This document shows, piece by piece, positions 51,446-60,403 of a stretch of DNA of 64,000 nucleotides. The notes beneath the pieces are model-generated. The model was not told the origin of the DNA, did no database searches, and saw only the letters and a program-made list of their open reading frames with translations. The DNA is from a virus. Taxonomy: Duplodnaviria > Caudoviricetes. The number at the start of each line of letters is the position of its first letter. The stretch's first letter is position 1. Both the position numbers and the translations under genes were made by a program. The DNA lies in IMG/VR virus record IMGVR_UViG_3300032138_000002, positions 64,001 to 128,000 of that record. One strand, written 5' to 3'.

Positions 51446-51730
51446 CTATTTTTCTCCTTGGATCAGATCGTACAATTCCTGTTTATCATTGTCGGTGAGA
51501 CCCACTTCTTTGCTTTCCTTTTTTTGGATCAACGCCGCTATTTTAACCAATTGTTCGTTGGATCGCTGGAGTGTTTCCACATATTTAGCGGCTATAGCTC
51601 CGACCTTTTCATGATTGGCGCTATCAACAGCCAAAAGATTCATAACATCTCTGAGAAGTGCTTGCGTTACTTCTCTATCATCAGTAATGTTCTGAATGGC
51701 CTCTTGGAGGTAGTGTTCTATATTTTTCAT
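51446..51730 (-). CDS. Hypothetical helical phage protein (94 aa)
   Basis: ORF with GAGG RBS and an upstream late motif. Confidence 0.65.
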   Translation of the reverse strand: MKNIEHYLQEAIQNITDDREVTQALLRDVMNLLAVDSANHEKVGAIAAKYVETLQRSNEQLVKIAALIQKKESKEVGLTDNDKQELYDLIQGEK

Positions 51731-51751
51731 TTTTCACCTCTATATCTTCAA

Positions 51752-51758
51752 TAATTAG
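51752..51758 (-). promoter_or_regulatory. Putative late-promoter motif CTAATTA at the head of the baseplate module
   Basis: Recurrent intergenic motif directly after the sigma gene. Confidence 0.55.
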
Positions 51759-51764
51759 AGGCAT

Positions 51765-52448
51765 TTATATTTTTCCATCATTCCAATCAGAACGAAAGTT
51801 CCTATATTTTATTCGTAGTTTATTCAAACTATTAACCACCTGCTTGGTGTTTAGCCCCGTTAGTTCTCTTAAATACAGATAGACTGCTTTTTTGTTAAAT
51901 ATTTCAATGTCATCCGAACTATTAAATAAAACGTCTATTGCTTTGAGAACCTTGCGTTCATTTTCTTTTAATTTAAGTTGGTGCCAGGTCGACATTTCTT
52001 CTTTGAAAAGTAACCAGAATTCTTGATGTTCTCTCTCGGACACGTAACCTTCATCATTTGATAAATATCGCTGCTCTAGTCCACTGTTAATATCATCAAA
52101 ATTTAACTCCCGGCGCGTTTTTGTAGCGTTTTTTTTGACCTTGTGAATAAACCAATTTTTTGTGATAACACTAAAATAAGAAAATGCCTTTGACCCCTTA
52201 TCGGGATCGTATTTGTCTAAGATCGTCGTAAGCCAGAGTTTACATTCTTCCATTAAAAACTCAATATTTGGAAGATTGGAGAACTTATAAGTATAAACAA
52301 TCTTGTTTACTAGCTCGTGAAAAGCCGGTTGTATCAACCTAATATAAAGCTCCTGTTTTTCATCGCGGTCATCGGACAAGGCATATTGAACGACGGCGTT
52401 CTCATGTTCTTTGGTAAAATAATGTCTACTCTTCCTCTTCTGGGCCAT
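51765..52448 (-). CDS. Phage RNA polymerase sigma factor (probable late sigma, gp55 analogue)
   Basis: Region 2-like LDKYDPDKGSKAFSYFSVITKNWF; C-terminal helix-turn-helix-like LYLRELTGLNTKQV. Confidence 0.8.
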   Translation of the reverse strand: MAQKRKSRHYFTKEHENAVVQYALSDDRDEKQELYIRLIQPAFHELVNKIVYTYKFSNLPNIEFLMEECKLWLTTILDKYDPDKGSKAFSYFSVITKNWFIHKVKKNATKTRRELNFDDINSGLEQRYLSNDEGYVSEREHQEFWLLFKEEMSTWHQLKLKENERKVLKAIDVLFNSSDDIEIFNKKAVYLYLRELTGLNTKQVVNSLNKLRIKYRNFRSDWNDGKI

Positions 52449-52722
52449 CTTCTTCCTCTTCAGTTACAGCTAGGGCTCTTTCGTACCCCTTTACGCGTTC
52501 AGTGAACTCTTTTGAGTGTTTTATAAGACTTTGAAGAGTGGAATCTCCATAAAAAGTTTCCATCGCGTGGATACTTTCAAGGTGACTGCCAAAGCCAGTC
52601 AGATCATCCAGTAAATCCTCCATATGTTCGAGCACATAAAAATAGTCTCTTAATACGTTTCTTAAGTACCATATAAAAAATATATTCAAGAGAACTGAGA
52701 ATGCTAATAGTGTTGTGATCAT
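52426..52722 (-). CDS. Small membrane-anchored protein
   Basis: N-terminal TM (ITTLLAFSVLLNIFFIWYL), acidic tail. Confidence 0.65.
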   Translation of the reverse strand: MITTLLAFSVLLNIFFIWYLRNVLRDYFYVLEHMEDLLDDLTGFGSHLESIHAMETFYGDSTLQSLIKHSKEFTERVKGYERALAVTEEEEDGPEEEE

Positions 52723-52976
52723 GGGTGATATTCTTCGGTTTTGAGCTTTTTCTTCTCTTCGGCTACCTCTTTTTTGGTAGCTTCTATATGTTGCTTAACC
52801 AAATCTCCAACTTTTTTCTTGTTTGTCCGTTTAGGGGTTTTTGGAATAGGGGTGTAAACCTTTTTTAAAGTATTGATCTCTCCACATTCCTGACACTTTT
52901 CAAGGCGCTCATCCATGGCATGAACCACCATAAACTCTTTTTCGCACCCTGCGCATCGGTAATGATAACGAGGCAT
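52719..52976 (-). CDS. FmdB-family zinc-ribbon protein; start re-called to 52976
   Basis: MPRYHYRCAGC...CQECG; TAATG coupling to the upstream gene. Confidence 0.8.
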   Translation of the reverse strand: MPRYHYRCAGCEKEFMVVHAMDERLEKCQECGEINTLKKVYTPIPKTPKRTNKKKVGDLVKQHIEATKKEVAEEKKKLKTEEYHP

Positions 52977-53275
52977 TAAATTTCGTCGGGATCCAACGTG
53001 CTGCACTCCACTTCTCCATCATCATCATCTTCTGTGATAGTTTTTGTGGCAGTAGCTAATGCATCTGCGTCTTCGTGGGAAACCTTCACCAAAGGTGGGT
53101 TAAGAACCACTAAGGTTCCATCAGTGTTTGGGGTTAGACGTAAGCCCTTCAAAGTGGGAACAATATCGCTTTGTTCGAGCAACGATTTTTGTAGTGCCAT
53201 CATTACAGTTCCAACTGCTTGGTCTGATAGCAAAAATTCTGTCAAATTGGTTGTAGTGTCGGTTGTAGTTGTCAT
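52976..53275 (-). CDS. Hypothetical protein
   Basis: ORF coupled to the downstream gene; start at 53275 or 53290. Confidence 0.6.
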   Translation of the reverse strand: MTTTTDTTTNLTEFLLSDQAVGTVMMALQKSLLEQSDIVPTLKGLRLTPNTDGTLVVLNPPLVKVSHEDADALATATKTITEDDDDGEVECSTLDPDEI

Positions 53276-53283
53276 TTTCTTAT

Positions 53284-54249
53284 TCACCATTTAAAGTTTT
53301 GTTTATAATATTGGATTAACGTGGGCAATTCGTTATCGAAATCCTTTTGATTGTTCCAGCCGAGGGCTCTCAGTTTTTCATCGTTGAGCGCGTACCGAAC
53401 ATCTTGTCCTTCTCTAACATATGATAAATCCACATATTCTTCCCAATTATACTTGTTCTCGAAGAAAGTGTTAATGATTTTTTTTACGGTGTCGCGGTTG
53501 GCTTGTTGAAGATTGCCCGCCACATTATATATTTCATTTATCGAACCTTTTTCGATAATTGTCATGACTGCTTCGGCGGTGTCGTCAGCATGCAGCCAGT
53601 TTCTTACTGGTTCGCCTGCGTTATGAAGCCTTATCTTTTTGTTCCTTTGTAGTAGTTTTACTGCAACGGGAATCAACTTTTCTGGATATTGGCCAATTCC
53701 ATAATTGTTGGTGGGGCGGAGTATATTATACTGAAGTCCATATGTTCTTGCCCAGGCTAAGATAAGCATGTCTGCGGCGGCCTTTGAAGCAGCGTAAGGG
53801 TTGCTTGGGTTTAAGAGGGCGGTTTCGGTAAAGGCTCCGTGTTCAATGTCTCCATAGACTTCATCTGTGCTAAAATGAAAGAACACCGGTGGGTTGGCAA
53901 TATTGTTAGGCTTATTTCTTATTAAGTCTAGTAAATTGCGAACTCCATCCACGTTTGTGTGTAAAAAGTCAGTACTATCAATTATACTATTACCTACGTG
54001 AGATTCTGCAGCGATATTAATCACATAGTCACAATCAGGTAAAAATGATAGTTCGCAAATATCTTCGTTGATAAAAGTGAAGTTCTCTTCTGTCGGAGTA
54101 TTAAATTCGCGGAAATCATAAAGAAAATCCTCGTTGGCTGCATAGGTTAAAGAATCAACCCCATAAACCTTCCACCCTCTTTCAAGACACTTGCGGGTAA
54201 CATAGTGGCCAATAAGCCCTAAACAGCCTGTAATCGTCACTAACTTCAT
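53284..54249 (-). CDS. rmlB: dTDP-glucose 4,6-dehydratase-like NDP-sugar dehydratase
   Basis: TGCLGLIG, DSLTYA, AAESHV, STDEVYG, YAASK, NNYG..QYPEKLIP, RNWLH. Confidence 0.9.
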   Translation of the reverse strand: MKLVTITGCLGLIGHYVTRKCLERGWKVYGVDSLTYAANEDFLYDFREFNTPTEENFTFINEDICELSFLPDCDYVINIAAESHVGNSIIDSTDFLHTNVDGVRNLLDLIRNKPNNIANPPVFFHFSTDEVYGDIEHGAFTETALLNPSNPYAASKAAADMLILAWARTYGLQYNILRPTNNYGIGQYPEKLIPVAVKLLQRNKKIRLHNAGEPVRNWLHADDTAEAVMTIIEKGSINEIYNVAGNLQQANRDTVKKIINTFFENKYNWEEYVDLSYVREGQDVRYALNDEKLRALGWNNQKDFDNELPTLIQYYKQNFKW

Positions 54250-54689
54250 CTTATTAACTCTTCCTTATAGTAAGCGGCTCTGTCGCTGCATATGCCCGCA
54301 CAGTGCCTTAATTCCTCAGTTATTTCAGGAGGGGGTTTTACAGCTATCGAATTTTTAACCAAGGTTTGACCTGGGTATGTCCAAATATAACCCCTGTTAG
54401 TTAAAGCAAAATTATCAGTCTGATGCCAAAAACAATGGACGTCCAACCTCAGCAATCTTTCAAGGGCGTTTAAATTTTTGGCGTGACACCAGAAGTTTTT
54501 ATTAAAAAGGAAGTTGGTTGGGATATATTGATCAGAACCATCATGTCCCAAATAAAAGCTCCCCTCTTTCCACCACACATCTATTTCTACTTCAAACCCC
54601 TTATAAACTGCGTCTAAAATATAGTTGGGAGTATTTTCAAAAGCAGGCTGTGGGCCTATGATGTTGCCTCTATGGGCTATTATTTTCAT
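54246..54689 (-). CDS. GDPD/PI-PLC-like phosphodiesterase-fold protein; start re-called to 54689
   Basis: MKIIAHRGN, ENT, VEIDVW, LGHD, GICSD; ATGA overlap with the upstream gene. Confidence 0.75.
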   Translation of the reverse strand: MKIIAHRGNIIGPQPAFENTPNYILDAVYKGFEVEIDVWWKEGSFYLGHDGSDQYIPTNFLFNKNFWCHAKNLNALERLLRLDVHCFWHQTDNFALTNRGYIWTYPGQTLVKNSIAVKPPPEITEELRHCAGICSDRAAYYKEELIR

Positions 54690-55429
54690 CCAATATTCCT
54701 GAGAATAAAATTCTCCATCATTATAACACATTCTGGGAGGGGTTGTTTAGCTGTGTTTATGGTTAAATCTGGGGTTTGGGGTTCTTCAAAGGGGTCTGAA
54801 ATGCCAGTAAAATTATAGATCTTATCGGGGTGACCATCAGGTAGGAGCGCCTTAGCATATAACCCCTTTATATCTCTTTTCTTTACCGTCTCTAAATCGC
54901 ATTTTATGTATATTGTTTTAACGCTAGAATCTTTTTTCTGGTTTTCTATTCTTATCTCTTCATAGGGGTTGATAGCAGCGATGATTGATATTATGCTGTT
55001 TCTGGCTAATATTTTGCTCACAAAACTTAAACGCCTAATATTGTTGTTTCTGTCTTCTTTGGAAAAACCCAAGTCTTTGCACAGGTTTTCGCGATACTCG
55101 TCGCCGTCAATTACCTCTACCAAATAACCTTTTTTTCTCAGTCTCTGCGCTGTGTGCTGCGCTAGTGTGCTCTTGCCGGCACCAGATAAGCCCGTCATAT
55201 GAAGTGAAATGCCTTTGGTTCGACCCCAACGAATGACAGCCCAAAATCGTTCATGATAAATATAGGCAAACAAAGTGACAATTTGGTGGAGCACACTAAT
55301 GCTGACAGACGTGGCTGCTGAACTGGTAATAAAATATGAACAACATAATAGGCTCAAAAAGCCTAACAGTCTCCACGACAAAGATTTAACTATACTGCGT
55401 CGTCGGGTATCAATCATCCAGATATCCAT
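54686..55429 (-). CDS. cysC: DUF2061 membrane domain fused to adenylyl-sulfate (APS) kinase
   Basis: RSIVKSLSWR...YHERFW (DUF2061 pattern); TGLSGAGKSTLA, DGDEYR, LGFSKEDR, RDIKGLY, FTGISDPFEEP. Confidence 0.88.
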   Translation of the reverse strand: MDIWMIDTRRRSIVKSLSWRLLGFLSLLCCSYFITSSAATSVSISVLHQIVTLFAYIYHERFWAVIRWGRTKGISLHMTGLSGAGKSTLAQHTAQRLRKKGYLVEVIDGDEYRENLCKDLGFSKEDRNNNIRRLSFVSKILARNSIISIIAAINPYEEIRIENQKKDSSVKTIYIKCDLETVKKRDIKGLYAKALLPDGHPDKIYNFTGISDPFEEPQTPDLTINTAKQPLPECVIMMENFILRNIG

Positions 55430-56237
55430 AGTGACGGAGCCATGGGCCGCACTCTGTCTCTATAAAAGCTATTTGTTCGTCGGTCAAAGTTTCTTTGTAT
55501 CCCCCCACTTTGCCGTTATTTGATGTAATGTGTTCTTTTAACATTAACGTGGCCGAATATCGGGGGTCACTCCAATCACCAGAAGTCAACAAATTGTCCG
55601 TATCATCTTTAATGCCTTCCGCTTTCATGATAATCGACTTAAGTACCTCTTCTTTCATGGTATCGATCTCGGGAAAAAAGTTTCTCATCAAAGTTTTGAG
55701 TGTTTCAAGGGGGTCAACCTTATAATCCTCATAACACCATTCATAGCGTTTAACATATTTGTTTATATCAGGAATTGCTTCGTTATCGACATATTGCTGG
55801 ACCTTGGAAAAATCCTTTTGCTTTGATGCGGCATACCACATCAGGTGTTCTTTCACTATGTTTTCGAACTCCTCTTGTGATAATTCTACGTTTCCATGGT
55901 GTTCCCTTCTTTTACGCAACGCCGAGGCCGCAGTATCGCGGATATCACGACGTACGGTAATTAAAAAATCACACACGATATCTCCCGTATGTTCCTTTGC
56001 TATGAGTATATCCACGGGAGCAGGGGGTTCTTTTGTGTGATATTCACAATAATCCTGACTGAGGGCTACGGCGACGTTAAGTTGGCAGGTTTCGCAGAAA
56101 ATTCGCATAAGATTGAGAAGCAGAGTGCTTCCAGATTGCGGCATTCCCCCTATACACACAATCGGTGGCCGTTTTTTTTGCCATGTCTTTTTCCGCATTC
56201 GTGTCCAGATGTTATCGTCTTTCCAGGACAAGTCCAT
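55410..56237 (-). CDS. PAPS-dependent sulfotransferase-family protein
   Basis: 5'-PSB-like GMPQSGSTLL, 3'-PB-like RDIRDTAAS, YED, GKVGGYKETLTDEQIAFIE; next to APS kinase. Confidence 0.75.
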   Translation of the reverse strand: MDLSWKDDNIWTRMRKKTWQKKRPPIVCIGGMPQSGSTLLLNLMRIFCETCQLNVAVALSQDYCEYHTKEPPAPVDILIAKEHTGDIVCDFLITVRRDIRDTAASALRKRREHHGNVELSQEEFENIVKEHLMWYAASKQKDFSKVQQYVDNEAIPDINKYVKRYEWCYEDYKVDPLETLKTLMRNFFPEIDTMKEEVLKSIIMKAEGIKDDTDNLLTSGDWSDPRYSATLMLKEHITSNNGKVGGYKETLTDEQIAFIETECGPWLRHYGYLDD

Positions 56238-56950
56238 TATTGGTTCTCCAAAAAATATTTGAGGTCTTCAGGAGTACCTAGGCCCCACATTTTGTTAACA
56301 TAAAATGGAATTAAAGTTTTTCCGTCTTCTAGCATTTCGTTATAAACCGGGGCAATATAATATTCCCCATTTACTCTCACGTTTTTTTCTATCATTTGGT
56401 GAGCATATTTAACGAACTCTGAGCCTCGTCGATACCAATATATACCACATGTGGCGATATTGGAAATAGGCCTTTTCTCAGCCACCTCTGTAACAAAACC
56501 GCGAGAATTTGTCTTTACAAAGGACCATTTTGGGTGTACGGCATTGAACGTGAAGACCATCGAATCTACATCAGTTAAGTTCTTCAAAGTTTTAAAATTC
56601 TCGGCCTCGTACTCAATAAATTGATCAGAATTGGCGATTAATAAGTCCTCGTCGTCGTTAATAAGATCTTGAGCTAATAGGGCAGTGCAAGCCGCTCCTT
56701 CAGTTAACTCTTTTACCTCCACATGAGAACAGCGGCCATTTGTTATACGTTCCAGAGTATCTAAGAGACCGGCATACTTTTTTACGTGATCGTGCCTTAC
56801 TAAAAATATATATTCACAATCAAAATCTAGATTTTCTACCACCGTTTGGATCATGGGTCTTCCACGAACATCAATCAATGGTTTGGGAAAAGTATATCCC
56901 TCTTTGGTGAATCTACTGCCTTCACCCGCCATGGGTATTAAAACTTTCAT
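56237..56950 (-). CDS. Sugar-phosphate nucleotidyltransferase
   Basis: LIPMAGEGSRF...PKPLI, TEGAACT, ANSDQ, VAEK, LGTPED. Confidence 0.88.
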   Translation of the reverse strand: MKVLIPMAGEGSRFTKEGYTFPKPLIDVRGRPMIQTVVENLDFDCEYIFLVRHDHVKKYAGLLDTLERITNGRCSHVEVKELTEGAACTALLAQDLINDDEDLLIANSDQFIEYEAENFKTLKNLTDVDSMVFTFNAVHPKWSFVKTNSRGFVTEVAEKRPISNIATCGIYWYRRGSEFVKYAHQMIEKNVRVNGEYYIAPVYNEMLEDGKTLIPFYVNKMWGLGTPEDLKYFLENQ

Positions 56951-57566
56951 CTATAAATCTTTTAACCCCCTTTTTAATTACTTCGGTGGCATTGGTGACT
57001 TTCATTACACTACACCCGGATGCACGTGCAGCTTTTTCCCCTTTGGGGGAATCTTCTATTATCATAGCATTTTTAGGGACACAATTAAAGTGTTTTAATA
57101 CCTGAATATAACCTTCGGGGTCTGGTTTTGCATTAATCACATCTTCATTAGTTAAAAAGTACTCAAGATGCTCTAAAATACCAGCTTCAGTCAATACAAG
57201 TGAGGCCGTTTCTCGAATACTATTAGTAAAACACGCAATTCGGGCGTTATTGGATTTAAGCCATTGTATTAATTCAACTTTTTCCGGTCTTTCTTCGGAT
57301 TGTGCTCTGATTATCTCTAGAGTGCGCTCTTGCTTAAAATCAAATATGTCTTGAACATTATCTTTTTCAATTTTATTGGCCTCCACCAGCATTTTTAATT
57401 TTATCTTAGTGGGGAGGCCGTTGTATATTTTATAATGTTCCTCTAGGGGAATCTCATAGTTACAAACATGTTTTAATGCAGCATTGAATGCTTCTAAATG
57501 CCATCCGCAAGCATCTACCAACACCCCGTCCATATCAAAAATAACTAGTTCTGGAAACCTAGACAT
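56922..57566 (-). CDS. HAD-family phosphatase (beta-PGM-like); start re-called to 57566
   Basis: FDMDGVLVD, FTNS, KPDPEGY, IEDS; GAGGT RBS. Confidence 0.88.
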   Translation of the reverse strand: MSRFPELVIFDMDGVLVDACGWHLEAFNAALKHVCNYEIPLEEHYKIYNGLPTKIKLKMLVEANKIEKDNVQDIFDFKQERTLEIIRAQSEERPEKVELIQWLKSNNARIACFTNSIRETASLVLTEAGILEHLEYFLTNEDVINAKPDPEGYIQVLKHFNCVPKNAMIIEDSPKGEKAARASGCSVMKVTNATEVIKKGVKRFIDESFNTHGG

Positions 57567-58281
57567 TTGTACCTCTAGCCGCTGGGTCAATATTGTATTC
57601 ATCCAGGAGACTTTTAAGTTTTTTAGGATAACACTGAAAATCCCATTTACCTTTTACGACCGCGGTGGCAAAATAAGGATAAACATGACTATCCCAGTGA
57701 AAGTCTCCTCGCATTTGTTCGCCTTCCATAAAAGTCATCGCGCACTTAAATGCATGTTTTGCACAAACAATATTACTGTTGGCTTCGAATTTCCATATAT
57801 TCTCACCGGGAGTTTCCTCATAGATACGCATTAAATTTTCTTTTTTACACAATGTGGGTTGAATTGCGAATTGTAAATCCGGAGGGCAATAAAAAACATT
57901 CTCGTGAAGCATGGTGGGAGTTAAGGTTTCATATGGTCTGTACGTTGCCCGTACAAATTTAATAAAATCAAGTTGTTGTTCTTTTATCAAGCTACAACAT
58001 TTCTCTATTATTTGATTATTCGGCTCCCCATATAAAAACATATCCTCATGGTGAAATACAATTATGTCTTCTTCGACTTGCTGAATACCTTGCAAAACGC
58101 GTTGTTGATAGGGCAGTGCATCGTCATACCGCAACAAAACCCAGTCGGAATTTAAATCCGGCGTGCTTTGGTCAGCAATTAGATATTTCTTTACTTCCGG
58201 CAAAAACTTGTCCATTTGAGCGAACATGGGTTTCCAGATATCTGAATAATCTGAATGGGAATAGAAAACGGCGGCGTACAC
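57559..58281 (-). CDS. Putative glycosyltransferase-like protein; GTG start re-called to 58281
   Basis: Sugar-cluster context; HHEDMFL acidic motif, QPTL.KK, WKFE, AVVKGKW; AGGA RBS before the GTG. Confidence 0.45.
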   Translation of the reverse strand: MYAAVFYSHSDYSDIWKPMFAQMDKFLPEVKKYLIADQSTPDLNSDWVLLRYDDALPYQQRVLQGIQQVEEDIIVFHHEDMFLYGEPNNQIIEKCCSLIKEQQLDFIKFVRATYRPYETLTPTMLHENVFYCPPDLQFAIQPTLCKKENLMRIYEETPGENIWKFEANSNIVCAKHAFKCAMTFMEGEQMRGDFHWDSHVYPYFATAVVKGKWDFQCYPKKLKSLLDEYNIDPAARGTNV

Positions 58282-58289
58282 TAGTATTC

Positions 58290-59090
58290 CTACAACAATG
58301 CCATGAAGTCTGCGTGGGCGGTGGCGCCACACTCATCCATTTGTTTAAAGAAATCAACGGATAAGCTTCGATTCACATCGTCGATAAAAGGCGAGAACTT
58401 ATCATGAGTTAATTCCTTTTTTTCGAACGTTAAAAGATGATCTATCTTTGTTTCTAGCACTTTGTCCCACACGCGTGTTCCGATTGTTGGGATTGTTCCC
58501 AGTTCACACACATCCCGTAGACCTTTCACCGTACGCATTGAGCCGGCAATAATTTCTGCGCAGTCTGATTTACGCTTTTGAGCAAAAGCTACGTGTGCGG
58601 CAGCGTCCACTCCCTGCTCTTCCATCCGGCCGGGAATCAAACTAACATAACGGACATTATAAGTGAAACATGATAAGGCAGTTGAACAGTCGGCGACGCC
58701 GGTGACGTTTGTTTCCATAAAATTATTCAATTGGTCTACAACCTCAAGCACTCCGTGAAATGGGGGTATTTTTAGGCCTAGGCGTGTGGTGCCGTCTGTA
58801 AACTGACATATATACTCGGCCCATTTAACAATGTCATGAGGACACATCTCCGAATTTGGCGCTTGTACATATACGACGCCTTTGTTGTCGCCTCGTATTT
58901 TGGTTACAAGCGCACATAACTTCGGGAGATGTTCCGTCCATTGTTCTAGGCGATCCATATTTACCTTTTTAAATGCATTTGGATTTGTGGTGATCCCGCG
59001 CACGTGAGTACTATCGACGGTATTTTTAAGGCGCCCCCAGACATTTTCGATATATTCTATATCGGCAGTATCAAAAAAGAAATCAAACAT
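58290..59090 (-). CDS. Divergent transaldolase / fructose-6-phosphate aldolase family enzyme
   Basis: FFDTAD, GITTNP, Schiff-base LKIP, NVT, YVS...GR, IAGSMR. Confidence 0.8.
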   Translation of the reverse strand: MFDFFFDTADIEYIENVWGRLKNTVDSTHVRGITTNPNAFKKVNMDRLEQWTEHLPKLCALVTKIRGDNKGVVYVQAPNSEMCPHDIVKWAEYICQFTDGTTRLGLKIPPFHGVLEVVDQLNNFMETNVTGVADCSTALSCFTYNVRYVSLIPGRMEEQGVDAAAHVAFAQKRKSDCAEIIAGSMRTVKGLRDVCELGTIPTIGTRVWDKVLETKIDHLLTFEKKELTHDKFSPFIDDVNRSLSVDFFKQMDECGATAHADFMALL

Positions 59091-59448
59091 TTTTTTCCTC
59101 CTCGGCTTTTAATAATGTTTTTTTAACAGTGTCCCAATCAGTGAATTTTATTCCCTTATCATCTATAAAATAATCTACATGGGGTTTTCCAAACAATAAC
59201 TCATCATAAGGGATGCAGTATTTGTCTAGCCAATCTAAAACAAGCTTCCCTTGATTTGCAATAATTCTTCCCACGTTGTTTTCACAAGTTCTCATGTTTC
59301 GAGCAGTAAAAATGACAATATAATATCCACGTTGTTTTAAAAATTCTAATGTTTCTACAGCGTTAGGCAAAGGTTTTACATCACGGTAACTCTGGTCTGC
59401 GGCTTTGGTCTCGCATATTGTCCCGTCTAAATCAACGCATATCTTCAT
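59083..59448 (-). CDS. Small HAD phosphatase (capsule biosynthesis phosphatase type)
   Basis: VDLDGTI, FTAR, YDELLFGKP, YFIDDK. Confidence 0.88.
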   Translation of the reverse strand: MKICVDLDGTICETKAADQSYRDVKPLPNAVETLEFLKQRGYYIVIFTARNMRTCENNVGRIIANQGKLVLDWLDKYCIPYDELLFGKPHVDYFIDDKGIKFTDWDTVKKTLLKAEEEKNV

Positions 59449-60403
59449 AATCTAACGCCTCGTTTAAAAGTTTGATACCAGTAGTATACATCACCGTTTG
59501 CCGGGGCAAGCTATCATAATGTCGCGAGCACATACCAATGTATATCAATCCTTGAATTAACTTAGCTCTATTATCTCTGAATCTGTCGAATTTATTAAAC
59601 ACTTTTTTAATTTTTTCTTTATTATCATTTGCAAAGGTAACCTGAAAGTGGTTTAAGTCTTTATTCTCTTCTAACTCAAATTCATCAAAAATAATATATT
59701 CATATCCCCCTTCGAAAGAATGAACAAGTTTAGCTATATCATAGAGTGGATCACCAAACACACCGTCCTCACCAAAATGCCCGCGAGGGTCTACGAATTT
59801 TAACAAATGGGTCTGAGTTTTTGCATTTACCCCACAAAGAATATTCGAAAAACAAAAATCTCCATGAATAACCGAAAGTTGACGCAAAGGCGTTAAATAA
59901 TGTCGAATAAGTTCCTGTAGCTGATTCCATAAACAGTGGAAGTTCGCATAGGAGCGTCCGTCGATAATAAGTTTTTGATGGGTGGCTATGACTGCAAATT
60001 TAGGGTTTTCTAGTAATTCTTTATAATAACGTTCCGTTTTGCCAATGTACATTGCTTCTGCGTACGCTGTGAAATCGTCGTTTTTATGGGTTGTTACAAA
60101 AGAATCTAAAGCGTCGTTAATACCCGATGCAACATTTTCCCAAAAGGCTTGATCGAAATCCTCGTATACCATATAATCACCCAGATTATTATAAGCGTAG
60201 TACTCTAATTCCATCGAATGCTCCCCATCTTCATGTGAAGATTTGCGAAATCTAGGGAAAAAGATAGAGTGCGGTGTCGTCTCTATATCTTTATAATAAT
60301 TTATTTCATCAAAGAGGCGTGTTTCGCGGCTTCGTTTCGTTATGGTTCCTAACGATGAGTCAATCGAAAACGAATTATAGGCTCTCGTTATATGCTGCTT
60401 CAT
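59432..60403 (-). CDS. Aminoglycoside-phosphotransferase-fold sugar kinase (capsular polysaccharide type); start re-called to 60403
   Basis: IHGDFCFSNIL, DPRG.FG, GDPLYDIAKL.HS; GAGGA RBS. Confidence 0.8.
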   Translation of the reverse strand: MKQHITRAYNSFSIDSSLGTITKRSRETRLFDEINYYKDIETTPHSIFFPRFRKSSHEDGEHSMELEYYAYNNLGDYMVYEDFDQAFWENVASGINDALDSFVTTHKNDDFTAYAEAMYIGKTERYYKELLENPKFAVIATHQKLIIDGRSYANFHCLWNQLQELIRHYLTPLRQLSVIHGDFCFSNILCGVNAKTQTHLLKFVDPRGHFGEDGVFGDPLYDIAKLVHSFEGGYEYIIFDEFELEENKDLNHFQVTFANDNKEKIKKVFNKFDRFRDNRAKLIQGLIYIGMCSRHYDSLPRQTVMYTTGIKLLNEALDYEDMR

